A stretch of 64,000 nt of DNA from Macrostomum hystrix (Eukaryota > Animalia > Platyhelminthes), in assembly GCA_950097015.1 (NCBI GenBank), contig CATNEN010000015.1:868001-932000 (forward strand). The letters run 5' to 3'. The notes under the pieces are model-generated. The model saw nothing but the letters and a program-made list of their open reading frames with translations. It had not been told where the DNA came from and did no database searches. Each line of letters opens with the position of its first letter. The stretch's first letter is position 1. Made by a program: the position numbers and the translations under genes. This document shows, one piece after another, positions 38,950-51,595 of this stretch.

Positions 38950-39990
38950 TTATTTCTTAAGGGGTGAGCTTTGGGATCTAAAGGTTCAGTATCTAGGGGT
39001 GAGACTTGGGATCTAAAGGTTCAGGCTCTAGGGGTGACATTTGGGATCTGAATATTCAGTATCCAGGGGTGAGACTTAGGATCTGAATATTCAGTCTCTA
39101 GGGGTGAGATTTGGGATCTGAATATTCAGTCTCTAGGGGTGAGACTTGGGATCTGAATATTCAGTCTTTAGGGGTGAGATTTGGGATCTGAATATTCAGT
39201 CTCTAGGGGTGAGACTTGGGATCTAAAGGTTCAGGCTCTAGGGGTGACATTTGGGATCTGAATATTCAGTATCCAGGGGTGAGACTTAGGATCTGAATAT
39301 TCAGTCTCTAGGGGTGACATTTGGGATCTGAATATTCAGTATCCAGGGGTGAGACTTAGGATCTGAATATTCAGTCTCTAGGGGTGAGATTTGGGATCTG
39401 AATATTCAGTCTCTAGGGGTGAGACTTGGGATCTGAATATTCAGTCTTTAGGGGTGAGATTTGGGATCTGAATATTCAGTCTCTAGGGGTGAGACTTGGG
39501 ATCTGAATATTCAGTCTCTAGGGGTGAGACTTGGGATCTGAATATTCAGTATCTAGGGGTGAGACTTGGGATCTGAATATTCAGTCTCTAAGGGTGAGAC
39601 TTGGGATCTGAATATTCAGTCTCTAGGGGTGAGACTTGGGATCTAAAGGTTCATTCTCTAGGGGTGAGACTTGGGATCTGAATATTCAGTCTTTAGGGGT
39701 GAGATTTGGGATCTGAATATTCAGTCTCTAGGGGTGAGACTTGGGATCTGAATATTCAGTCTCTAGGGGTGAGACTTGGGATCTGAATATTCAGTCTCTA
39801 GGGGTGAGACTTGGGATCTGAATATTCAGTATCTAGGGGTGAGACTTGGGATCTGAATATTCAGTCTCTAAGGGTGAGACTTGGGATCTGAATATTCAGT
39901 CTCTAGGGGTGAGACTTGGGATCTAAAGGTTCATTCTCTAGGGGTGAGACTTGGGATCTAAAGGTTCAATCTCTAGGGGTGAGATCTGGG
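38950..39990. repeat. 35-bp minisatellite (ggggtgagacttgggatctgaatattcagtctcta); duplicated at 41456-42496
   Basis: Period 35 (ggggt at 39066 and 39101), starting ~20-25 nt after the RING-gene stop. Confidence 0.95.
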
Positions 39991-40365
39991 ATTTTAAAGG
40001 GCTATATTCAGGTTTTTCAGGTATTATTGGGTCTGTGGTGTTATGTCTATGGTAAGATTTTGCGATCTATTTGTGATCTAAGATCTATTTTTATTTAAGA
40101 TGGTTCTGTGTATTTACAATAACAGCTAGTCCCTTGCATTCACTTACAATAAACTTTCAATGAAATTTTTAACAATACTTCACAGTCTTTAACCTTTCCA
40201 CAGAGCCTGTTCTTGGCCATAGACTATTGCATTGTTGCGCACACAGGAGCTGTACGATTATATTTCGGGTTGTTAAACTTTCTCCATGCTTATCCATGTG
40301 TTTTATCTTTCTGTGATAGGTCTTTATTGTCTATTTTAATATTAGCATAATTTAGGAGTGCTCAG

Positions 40366-41439
40366 GACCCAGCGACAGCTGCCCCATGAAGGTGTGGCTG
40401 CAGCCAGGACTGCAATGGCCCGGACCCACTCTGCTGCTGGAGGAGCTGCCCTTCGAATCCTTCGTCAAGTTGTCCTCCTCCAAGGCGGCCAGGTTCAGCT
40501 GCACGATGGTGCGGCTGCACCTCCTGGGCTGCAGGCGATCGCGTGACCGGCGCGATGTGCTGAGCCGTCTGCTGGCTAGTCAGGACCCTTTCGGGTGAGT
40601 CTCGGCTACTGTCAGCTGATCCCCATTCTCCTGTCAGCTGATCCCCATTCTCCTGTCAGCTGATCCCCATTCTCCTGTCAGCAGATCCCCATTCTACTGT
40701 CAGATGATCCCCATTCTCCTGTCAGCTAATCGCTATTCTACTGTCAGCTGATCGCCATTCTACTGTCAGATGATCCCCATTCTCCTGTCAGCAGATCCCC
40801 ATTCTCCTGTCAGCTGATCGCCATTCTACTGTCAGCTCTCATTCTACTCTGATTCCAAACTATTTTCCCAGCGCCCTGCCGCGGCTCCTGTCTCAGCTGG
40901 CTTCTAACGAGGGCTCGGATTCAGCCTATCGCGACTCAAACTCAGCTTCCGACGAATATGTCAATGTCAGCTCAACGTCCGGTGTTCGAATCTCTACCCT
41001 GACCTGCCCGCCGCTGTACAGCTGGTTCTACGGTCCGCAGCCCACGGCTGCCCCCACCGGCAGCCTGGCCCGCGACGTGGACGGCAGGCTGCGGCTGCCG
41101 CCTCTGCTTGCACAAACTGCCCAGCAGCGCCGGCTTCAACAGCTTCGACTGTCCAGAGCGGCAGCCGCCTGCGGCACTTGCGGCGTCAGGTCGCCGCATC
41201 CGCGCCTGTGCGACCCGTCCGACTGGCTGACGGCGCTCACCGCCTGCGGGCACTGGCACTGCGCGACCTGCTGGACCAGTCACGTGACCAACTGCGTGGC
41301 CGGGGCCAGCGCCGGGGCCGTCGGCTGCCCGACTCCGGGCTGCGGCCACACCGCTGATCCCGCGACCGTGCTGTGGTTCTCACCGTCCGATATCTACTAC
41401 CGCTGCCTGCGCTATGCCGCCTGGCAACCGTTGCTATGA
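40366..41439 (+). pseudogene. Duplicated 3' part of the RING gene (partial exon 40366-40594 and full last exon 40872-41439)
   Basis: Identical to 37860-38088 and 38366-38933; lacks the first 4.5 exons. Confidence 0.55.
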
Positions 41440-43253
41440 CAGCTTTCTTTGCTGCTTATTTCTTAAGGGGTGAGCTTTGGGATCTAAAGGTTCAGTATCT
41501 AGGGGTGAGACTTGGGATCTAAAGGTTCAGGCTCTAGGGGTGACATTTGGGATCTGAATATTCAGTATCCAGGGGTGAGACTTAGGATCTGAATATTCAG
41601 TCTCTAGGGGTGAGATTTGGGATCTGAATATTCAGTCTCTAGGGGTGAGACTTGGGATCTGAATATTCAGTCTTTAGGGGTGAGATTTGGGATCTGAATA
41701 TTCAGTCTCTAGGGGTGAGACTTGGGATCTAAAGGTTCAGGCTCTAGGGGTGACATTTGGGATCTGAATATTCAGTATCCAGGGGTGAGACTTAGGATCT
41801 GAATATTCAGTCTCTAGGGGTGACATTTGGGATCTGAATATTCAGTATCCAGGGGTGAGACTTAGGATCTGAATATTCAGTCTCTAGGGGTGAGATTTGG
41901 GATCTGAATATTCAGTCTCTAGGGGTGAGACTTGGGATCTGAATATTCAGTCTTTAGGGGTGAGATTTGGGATCTGAATATTCAGTCTCTAGGGGTGAGA
42001 CTTGGGATCTGAATATTCAGTCTCTAGGGGTGAGACTTGGGATCTGAATATTCAGTATCTAGGGGTGAGACTTGGGATCTGAATATTCAGTCTCTAAGGG
42101 TGAGACTTGGGATCTGAATATTCAGTCTCTAGGGGTGAGACTTGGGATCTAAAGGTTCATTCTCTAGGGGTGAGACTTGGGATCTGAATATTCAGTCTTT
42201 AGGGGTGAGATTTGGGATCTGAATATTCAGTCTCTAGGGGTGAGACTTGGGATCTGAATATTCAGTCTCTAGGGGTGAGACTTGGGATCTGAATATTCAG
42301 TCTCTAGGGGTGAGACTTGGGATCTGAATATTCAGTATCTAGGGGTGAGACTTGGGATCTGAATATTCAGTCTCTAAGGGTGAGACTTGGGATCTGAATA
42401 TTCAGTCTCTAGGGGTGAGACTTGGGATCTAAAGGTTCATTCTCTAGGGGTGAGACTTGGGATCTAAAGGTTCAATCTCTAGGGGTGAGATCTGGGATTT
42501 TAAAGGGCTATATTCAGGTTTTTCAGGTATTATTGGGTCTGTGGTGTTATGTCTATGGTAAGATTTTGCGATCTATTTGTGATCTAAGATCTATTTTTAT
42601 TTAAGATGGTTCTGTGTATTTACAATAACAGCTAGTCCCTTGCATTCACTTACAATAAACTTTCAATGAAATTTTTAACAATACTTCACAGTCTTTAACC
42701 TTTCCACAGAGCCTGTTCTTGGCCATAGACTATTGCATTGTTGCGCACACAGGAGCTGTACGATTATATTTCGGGTTGTTAAACTTTCTCCATGCTTATC
42801 CATGTGTTTTATCTTTCTGTGATAGGTCTTTATTGTCTATTTTAATATTAGCATAATTTAAAGCGCTTAAATACACACGTTAACTTTTGATTTTTTTATT
42901 TCAAAGTTACTTTTCACTAAATTAAAATCTCAATTTCGTTACATTATTTCAAAAACAGTTGGGCTAATTGACACTTAAGCAAAATGCAAGTATAAATCAC
43001 TGCTCTTTGCAGACGAAGGTTCTAGGCTAGGATATTTCTTAGAAATTTTACAAACTGGGCAAGCCTTGCTGGAATTGTGCCAAATTCATTTATTATCCAA
43101 GATTTTTATTTGTAGGTGTGCCAGGTGTGTCAATTATGACAGATTTGTGATATTCGCAGGGCCACGTCCATTTCCGGTCCAAAATTTTAGCTGTTATATT
43201 GCTGAAACACTTTCCAGCATACATTGTAAGACTTTCTGTGAAATCGCGAGGAA

Positions 43254-46200
43254 ATGTCCTCTGATAAGGCGCCTGACACTGCTGCTGCTGCTAAGGTGAG
43301 ATGAACTTTTTAATGAGTTTGCTCATCCCTCTGACCCTTTCCTGCTGCACTGTTTTTTAAACGCTACTGTTTGATTCCTCCTATCCACCAGTTCCTGATC
43401 AACCGCCAACCCCTTATCGACCGCCAACCCCTTATCGACCGCCAACCCCTTATCGACCGCCAACAACCCCTTATCGACCGCCAGCCCCTTATCGACCGCC
43501 AACAACCCCTTATCGACCGCCGAACCCTTATGGGCCGCCAAAAACCCCTTATCGACCGCTAAACAACCCCTTATCGACCGCCGCCACCTCAAGCCGGTCT
43601 CTGAGGCCAAGCTGTGGGGCGGCCGCTTCACCGGCGGGCTGGATCCCCTGATGCAGGCCTTCAACGACTCGCTGGCCTTCGACAAGCGCATGTGGCGGCA
43701 GGACCTTCGCGGCAGCCGGGCCTACGCCACCGCCCTGGCCGGGGTCGGCATCCTGACACAGGACGAGGCCAAGGAGCTGCACCGCGGACTCGACCTTGTG
43801 GCGGCCGAGTGGGAATCTGGGAGCTTCTCCGCGGCGCCTTCCGACGAGGACATTCACACCGCCAACGAGCGCCGCCTCAAAGAGCTGGTGGGGCCGCCCG
43901 CTGCTAAGCTGCACACCGGGCGGAGTCGCAATGACCAGGTGAGTTTCGATAAAGGTCATTGACCCCCCGCTTGTGAGTCTCTTGACGGGGACGCAAAAGG
44001 TAGGGTCGAGTGACCCCCCAAACCTTTTTGAGAGGTCCAGTGTTTAATAAAATAATAAGTAACTAATGACACTTGACCCAAGCGGAGTTATCGGCTGGAC
44101 CATTTGCGCTGCCCACAGCACAGATGCAGCTATTGCGAGGTGCATCTGAAGGCTGAGTACGGCTGCTCACCTCAATTAACACCCTTTGTAATTTGCTAAA
44201 TTTGCCAACACTTTTTGTTCCGGGTGAGTCGGGAATCGAACCACCGACCTTCAAGTCGCGTGCAGATGCTCTAACCACATGGCTACAGACACGATTGTTG
44301 CTTAATTTTAGCCAGCTGTAGAAATGACTTAACAGCTGGTTGAAATCTAGCCAAACACAGCTGAGGTAGGTGGTGTGGGTGTGGCGACCCACCCAGTCCG
44401 CGGACTGGACAGCTGTGCCACTGGCCATCCATCTGGCCCACCGAGGCTTGGTGCTAGTTTTCTTCTAGGATGATTTAAACTATGCAGTGCGCCAACAATG
44501 TGAGCACAGTTTGAGCACTGTCGCTAGTGCAGGTGATATTTCCGAGTAACAGTAATCTGTGCAGAGCGCAGGCAGACAGCATTGCTGATGCGCAGTGGAG
44601 CAGTTCTCAGATGATTCTCAATATCTCAGAATCGCTGAAGTTTAAATCCCAGTCACGCTTTGCATGATTTTCCTCTCGGCTGTGAGACTCGAGGGTTCGC
44701 AGCGCCAGTAGCTTAATCTGATTTGTAATAATTCAGCCAGCAACAGGCATTCCTACTTCAGCGCATTGTCCCGCCTTCGTCTGGTGAAATGCCGCCATTC
44801 GGTCTCTGACAGGCGAGACTGCAGTAAACCGTCACGCAGATTTCACGGTAGCGAGCGTCTGACAATCCAACGAAAATTATCTGAAATTGAGGGGCTCGAA
44901 AACAATGACGCAAAAATTCAATTCCTCGGCGCTTATGTTTAACTTGCGAAAGCGAAATTCTCTTTGATGTTCGTCGGCGTTGAGACTCTAGTCGGTGCTT
45001 TCATCTCCATGGAAATTTGTCAATAAGGAAGGCTACAAATTCACTCGCCTTACCTGGGAGTGTTTGCGTATCAGCGAATGCGAAAGCGATACATCGCAAT
45101 GACTCGTCCTCACTGCGGCTTCTGCTCAGCTGCTGTAGTGGCACTGCTGTGCTCGGTGCCCGCAGCTCTTGGACGAAATTTGCTGGCCAAAAACCTCGGT
45201 TGCTATGCGGATAGCGGAAATTATCAGAGGGACATCGCTGGCCTGAAAGACTTCGGCATATCCAGGATTGAAAGCACAAATGTAAATACTTTCGCTCTAG
45301 CCGACCCTGGTGGAACAGTCAAATCTGTGCTGGTTTTCTCGAGTCTAATGACGCAAGAGCTGTGCTTCAGCATCTGCGGTCTGGGCAGCTACCCGATCGC
45401 TGGCGTACAAGCCTTTTATTGGTGCAGCTGTGGCAGCACCTTCGGCTCCTATGGATCTGCTCCGGAATCCCAGTGCTCCCAGAACTGCGGCGGCAACCCG
45501 TCCCAGAACTGCGGCGGAGAATATCGAAATCGTGTCTTCAGGCTGACCTACCCGAACAGTGAGCGGTTGCCCGAAACACCCCACTGATTGCTTATGGTTC
45601 TCAGTTCGATTGCTCAGGGAAAGTGCAAGGTGCTCTTTCACAACGAGACGCACTTGCAAATGTCTCTTATTCGACTATAAGCATAAGTACAATTACTAAG
45701 AGTTAGGATCTGTCATAGGTTCAGCCGATACTCAAATTCTCCCATCACCAGAGAATCAGTTCGTCACTGGCAACCGCAGCCAGGTTGTCATGAGCAAACC
45801 AGGTGCTCCAATTTTCTGGACTGTCAAAGCACGTGGATATATCGAGTGCGCCTACCAGTGCGATGCCGGCTGCGAGGCGGTGATCTTCAACAGTGAGCAG
45901 GGCCTGTGCCACCTTATTGAGCACGCCGTGGTGCCGGCTGCGGTGAGCAGTCCTAGCAGCGGCGAGTTCCTTGTCCGTGGCTGAGCTTGAAGCCCAATTC
46001 TGAATAGACTTGAGTGAACCGGAGATACGAGAACTCTCACTTGTTGATAAAGAACATACGCGATACGCATTGAAAGCAGCGTCACTGAAAGTCATGGGTT
46101 GAATAAGCAATAAAACATAGCACGGAACATATCTAACTGTTTGTTAGATGTGTTTAAAATTTGCCTTCGGGACCCTATGTAATCGAATTAAAGGGCCGAT

Positions 46201-48811
46201 GCTGTTCAATCTAAGTCCGTCTCTTGAACTAGTCATTCGATGTCTGACAATGGTCTCATGCCGAAGTGATGTTTAAATTAATAGAGGAAACTGCAGGACT
46301 GAGCGAAGGGAACTGCAGGACTGAGCGGAGGGACCTGCAGGACTGAGCGGAGGGAACTGCAGGACTGAGGGAGGGAACTGCTGGACTGAGCGGAGGGACC
46401 TGCAGGACTGAGCGGAGGGAACTGCAGGACTGAGTGGAGGGAACTGCAGGACTGAGGGAGGGACCTGCTGGACTGAGCGGAGGGACCTGCAGGACTGAGG
46501 GAGGGAACTGCTGGACTGAGCGGAGGGACCTGCAGGACTGAGCGGAGGGACCTGCAGGACTGAGCGGAGGGAACTGCAGGACTGAGTGGAGGGAACTGCA
46601 GGACTGAGGGAGAGAACTGCTGGACTGAGCGGAGGGACCTGCAGGACTGAGCGGAGGGAACTTGGCCCTGTTAGGCCTGATTTGCGGAAGCTATTGGCTG
46701 CTTAAGCTTGTCCATGGACTGGACCAACCCCCGTTTACCGCAGCTAATGCTGGTACACATTTAACAGCTGGGTGAACTGAAGCGATGCACAGAGCAATGC
46801 ATTGTTCCAATAGATTCAGGAGTCGAACCCCCGACCTTTAAGTCGCGAGTCCGACGCTCTCACCACTAACCTACAATCCCCTGGTGGTGGGTGCATGGGT
46901 CGAATGACCCGAAAATTGAGTAAGATCAAACAAGCGTGACCCTTCTCGTTTCTGATTTTGTCTGGAAAGGTGGCCACGGACATCCGCCTCTGGCTAATGG
47001 ACTATCTGTCCGACCAGCTGCTGCCGCAGTTGCGCCACCTCATCGACACCCTGGTCAGCCGGGCCGAGGCCGAGACCCACGTGCTCATGCCCGGCTATAC
47101 TCACCTGCAGCGGGCTCAGCCGGTGCGCTGGTCTCACTGGCTGCTGAGCTACGCCTCCATGCTGCGCCGGGACTGCCAGCGACTGACCGACTGCCGGGCC
47201 CGCACCGCTGTGTGTCCGCTGGGCAGCGGCGCCCTGGCCGGCAACCCGTTCGGTGTGGACAGGACTGGCCTGGCAGGTGAGCTGGGCCGGCTTCCGTTGG
47301 GATATTTGGTTGGTCTGTGTCATCCTGGGATCGTGAAGCAGTGGCATCTGTCCATAATCCCCTCTCACTCCTTCCAGACGCTCTTGGCTTCACCAGTGGT
47401 GTCACGTGGAACAGTCTGGACGCCGTGGCTGACCGCGACTTCGCCTCCGAGTTCGAGTTCGGTGCGGCCATGCTAGGCAACCACCTGAGCCGCCTGGCTG
47501 AGGACCTGATCCTGTTCTGCAGCAAGGAGTTCGGCTTCGTCACCCTGTCGGACGCCTACAGCACCGGGAGCAGCCTGATGCCGCAGAAGAAGAACGCCGA
47601 TAGCCTGGAGCTGATCCGCGGCAAAACCGGCCGGCTCTGCGGCCACCTGGTCTCCCTGCTGATGGTCCAGAAGTCCCTGCCGAGCGCATTCAACAAAGAC
47701 CTCCAGGAGGATAAGGAGGGCCTGTTCGACGCCTGCGACACGGTGTCGGCCGTGGTTCGAATCGCCGACGGCGTTGTCGCCACCCTGACTGTTCACCCGG
47801 AGGCCTGCGCCGCTGCATTGAGCTGCGACATGCTGGCCACCGACTTGGCCTACTACCTGGTGCGCCGCGGGGTGCCGTTCCGCGAGGCTCACGCCGCCTC
47901 AGGCAAGTGCGTCGCGCTGGCCGAGACCAAAGCTTGCCAGCTGGACCAGCTCACCTATGAGGACTTCCGCTCGGTCAGGTGAGGCCTTGAGCACACTTTT
48001 TGCGGGGCCTTTGCTAGCCGAATCAGGCAAATCCCATCAACCCGAAATCCCATCTAACTTGAATCCCCTCAACCTTGAATCCCATCAACCCGAAATCCCA
48101 TCTACCTTGAATCCCATCAACCTTGAATCCCATCAACCCGAAATCCCATCTAACTTGAATCCCCTCAACCTTGAATCCCATCAACCCGAAATCCCATCTA
48201 CCTTGAATCCCATCTACCTTAATCCCATCTACTTTGAATCCCATCTACCTTAATCCCATCAACCTTTAATCCTATCGACCTTGAATCCCATCTATTTTGA
48301 ATCCCATCTACCTTAATCCCATCAACCTTTAATCCTATCAACCTTTAATCCTATCAACCTTGAATCCCATCTATTTTGAATCCCATCTACCTGAATCCCA
48401 TCTACCTTGAATCCTATCAACCTTGAATCCCATCTATTTTGAATCCCATCTACCTGAATCCCATCTACCTTGAATCCTATCAACCTTGAATCCCATCTAT
48501 TTTGAATCCCATCTACCTTAATCCCATCTACCTTGAATCCTATCGACCTTGAATCCCATCTATTTTGAATCCCATCTACCTGAATCCCATCTACCTTGAA
48601 TCCTATCAACCTTGAATCCCATCTACCTTGAATCCCATCGACCCAAGATCCTACCCATTTCAGCGACAAATTCTCCGATGACGTCACCGGTCTGTGGGAT
48701 TTTGAGACCAGTGTTGAGCAGTACAGCGCCTTCGGTGGCACCGCCCTCCAGTCGGTGCGCCAGCAAATCGCGGCCTTCCGAGTTTGGATGTCCGAGTCCG
48801 GCAAGAATTGA
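43254..48811 (+). CDS. ASL: Argininosuccinate lyase, ~480 aa; exons 43254-43295, 43594-43938, 46970-47276, 47378-47978, 48664-48811
   Basis: [55 protein letters not shown], the signature [34 protein letters not shown]. Phases 0,0,1,2; total 1443 nt. The first micro-exon ([14 protein letters not shown]) is the least certain part. Confidence 0.95.
43395..43585. repeat. 18/21-bp minisatellite (aaccccttatcgaccgcc) in ASL intron 1
   Basis: About 9 copies ending ~8 nt before the acceptor at 43593. Confidence 0.9.
44080..44430 (-). mobile_element. Family B SINE (minus, internally deleted, ~44080-44290) plus an opposite-strand tail fragment (~44340-44430)
   Basis: gggaatcgaaccaccgaccttcaagtc...aaccacatggctac and cagctattgcgaggtgcatctgaagg match 34440-34735; cagtccgcggactggacagctg matches the palindromic tail. 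Confidence 0.65.
45099..45984 (+). CDS. Secreted WSC-domain protein with C-terminal PAN/apple-like module, ~230 aa, nested in ASL intron 2; exons 45099-45558, 45752-45984
   Basis: Signal-peptide-like [16 protein letters not shown]; WSC pattern LGCYAD...[19 protein letters not shown]....[21 protein letters not shown]. Phase-1 intron; exon 2 has [25 protein letters not shown]. Total 693 nt. An alternative ATG lies at 45078. Confidence 0.8.
46295..46665. repeat. ~22-bp minisatellite (gcaggactgagcggagggaact)
   Basis: Period 21-22 in ASL intron 2. Confidence 0.93.
46690..46878 (-). mobile_element. CORE-like SINE, family B copy
   Basis: gtccatggactg, tttaacagctgggtgaactgaag, ggagtcgaacccccgacctttaagtc...caccactaacctac. 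Confidence 0.75.
48025..48645. repeat. Irregular 15-17-bp minisatellite (gaatcccatctacctt) in ASL intron 4
   Basis: Tandem variants filling most of intron 47979-48663. Confidence 0.92.
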
Positions 48812-49304
48812 AAGCAGTTTTTTCACTCCGCGTGAAGTTCAGAACTGGTTTTTATTGGTTACTGCACTGAGTCCTTCTACCCAACTCACATCTCATACCT
48901 TTAGCTACACAAATACTTAGCAATATTTTATATTTACTAATTCATTATTCAATGTTTTTGGCAAGCCTGTGCATTGTTTTGCGAGGCAGTTTGATCCAGG
49001 GCTATTTTTAGTAAATCAGCTGAGTTTTAGAGAACTTTTTGTCACTAATTACTACTTGCAGTAGTTTGTCTTGTCTTAGAAATTCTAACATTTTTTCAGC
49101 AAGCCACAATTCACCCAATAATTACATAGTCAGCTGTCAACAGCTTTCTATTCAACGAATTCAGAATAAACAACCAAATGATCAAATTATTTTTTTCTTT
49201 TTGACGAATGCTTCGATATTAGAGTGACACTTGAATTTTGGGAGAGTGACAATTTTATTGAAGGAAGATGATGCCGCAGTCTGATGCCGGAAGATGATGC
49301 CGCA

Positions 49305-50490
49305 ATGAGATGACAGTCTCATTTTGATGAGTGACAGTCCCATTTGGATGAGTGACAGTCCCATTTGGATGAGTGACAGTCCCATTTGGATGAGTGACAG
49401 TCCCATTTGGATGAGTGACAGTCCCATTTGGATGAGTGACAGTCCACTTTGGATGAGTGACAGTCTTATTTGGATGAGTGACAGTCTTATTTGGATGAGT
49501 GACAGTCTTATTTGGATGAGTGACAGTCTTATTTGGATGAGTGACAGTCCCATTTTGATGAGTGACAGTCCCATTTGGATGAGTGACAGTCCAATTTGGA
49601 TGAGTGACAGTCCAATTTGGATGAGTGACAGTCCAATTTGGATGAGTGACAGTTCCATTTGGATGAGTGACAGTCCAATTTGGATGAGTGACAGTTCCAT
49701 TTGGATGAGTGACAGTCCAATTTGGATGAGTGACAGTTCCATTTGGATGAGTGATAGTCATTTGGATGAGTGACAGTCCCATTTGGATGAGTGACAGTCC
49801 CATTTGGATGAGTGACAGTCCAATTGGATGAGTGACAGTTCCATTTGGATGAGTGACGGTTCCATTTGGATGAGTGACAGTTCCATTTGGATGAGTGACA
49901 GTCCCATTTGGATGAGTGACAGTTCCATTTGGATGAGTGACAGTTCCATTTGGATGAGTGACAGTCCCATTTGGATGAGTGACAGTCCCAATTGGATGAG
50001 TGACAGTTCCATTTGGATGAGTGACAGTCCCATTTGGATGAGTGACAGTCCCATTTGGATGAGTGACAGTCTCATTTGGATGAGTGACAGTCCCATTTGG
50101 ATGAGTGACAGTCCCATTTGGATGAGTGACAGTCCCATTTGGATGAGTGACAGTCCCATTTGGATGAGTGACAGTTCCATTTGGATGAGTGACAGTCCAA
50201 TTGGATGAGTGACAGTTCCATTTGGATGAGTGACAGTCCCATTTGGATGAGTGACAGTCCCATTTGGATGAGTGACAGTCCCAATTGGATGAGTGACAGT
50301 TCCATTTGGATGAGTGACAGTCCAATTGGATGAGTGACAGTTCCATTTGGATGAGTGACAGTCCCATTTGGATGAGTGACAGTTCCATTTGGATGAGTGA
50401 CAGTCCAATTGGATGAGTGACAGTTCCATTTGGATGAGTGACAGTCCCATTTGGATGAGTGACAGTCCCATTTGTATGAGTGACAAATCC
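49305..50490. repeat. 21-bp minisatellite (gagtgacagtcccatttggat), ~56 copies
   Basis: Period 21 with 20-bp variants; between ASL and the channel gene. Confidence 0.96.
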
Positions 50491-51595
50491 ATTCTCTGAC
50501 AATTGGATTGCGTCCAGTGAAACTTTGATTGAATGGAGTGACAATTCGGTTTGGAAAAAGTGTAAATCGATTGTGTGGAGTTGTTGAGGGACAATTTTTA
50601 AGGCGAGTCAAAATTCAGTTTTCAACTGAGCCTCCAGCGGTCAGTGCCAGTTAGAAAGTTTCAGTGAGTTTTGAACTTCCAAGAAAAGTTTTTATCGCAA
50701 GTGCTTCAGATAAACAGTGACAGAGCAAGGCAGTGCTGCCTTGTGCATCTGCAGTGCTGAATGCCAGCCTAATAAATAATAACTGACAGTCGTGTCACAG
50801 CCCACCCCGGTCCTGTGAGAATGGACTCACGAAAGGCATCTGATTCCCAATCTCATTGATCTCGCCAGCTGACTGGGAAATACTTCTCACAGCTCTGTTC
50901 TCCGAGCGGAGGTGGGGTGGGTGCGGGGCCGGCGCACAGCCACTGCACAGCCCGCCGGGTCACCAATATCTCCCGGGCTAATTGCAGCTTTTATCCCCGG
51001 GATAATCACTAACTGGCCTCTGTTTGTTTTTCTCCTCAACTCCCGGATCCGTGGCACCCGCGAGCTGCCATTAAATCATTGGCCATCAGCTCTCCGTGGC
51101 TGAAACCGAGGGGCTTCTCGATCTGGCACCGCCGCCGCGGCTTCCTTCACTGCGGGAAGTGGGCGGCCTTTCCTGGAATTATTAATGGAACTTCCGGGAT
51201 GGCGCATGCTTCTAGAGGACATCTTGGGAGTCACATTTTTGCGGGCTTTCTGTGGGCGGCAGACACGCAATGGCTGACAAACTCTTGATGGAAATCAGGC
51301 ATCAAACAGATTTATTAATGAGCTCATTTCATTGCTGTACAATGGACAAGCCAGGCTGTGCAACAAGACTTTCACAGAGTTCTCATTGCGTTGATGCTTC
51401 TGTTGCAACGAACGAACAAGCCGATCTCACGGACTGCTCAACTGCTGCCGCGCTTAGGTACGCTCTGATTGGCTGGGTAGGCTCTGACTATACTCCCACA
51501 TGCATTGACAGCATAAATCCCAACTCATAGCACTAGCAGCAATGGTGCTTCACTGAACTTCAGCTCTGCTCTGTGACGTCACTCAATATTAATTA

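Larger units (their letters stand above)
37860..42860 (+). repeat. Tandem segmental duplication, 2 x 2495 bp (37860-40354 and 40366-42860), 11-nt spacer ggagtgctcag
   Basis: Offset 2506 holds at every landmark checked (donor 38088/40594, ORF pairs 38571/41077 and 39916/42422, end 40354/42860). I saw no differences between the copies. Confidence 0.93.

Noticed and set aside
43066-43299. Cys-rich 77-aa ORF as the missing IBR exon of the RING gene
   Set aside because: AT-rich, Cys spacing does not fit IBR, and it overlaps the ASL 5' region and first exon in another frame.
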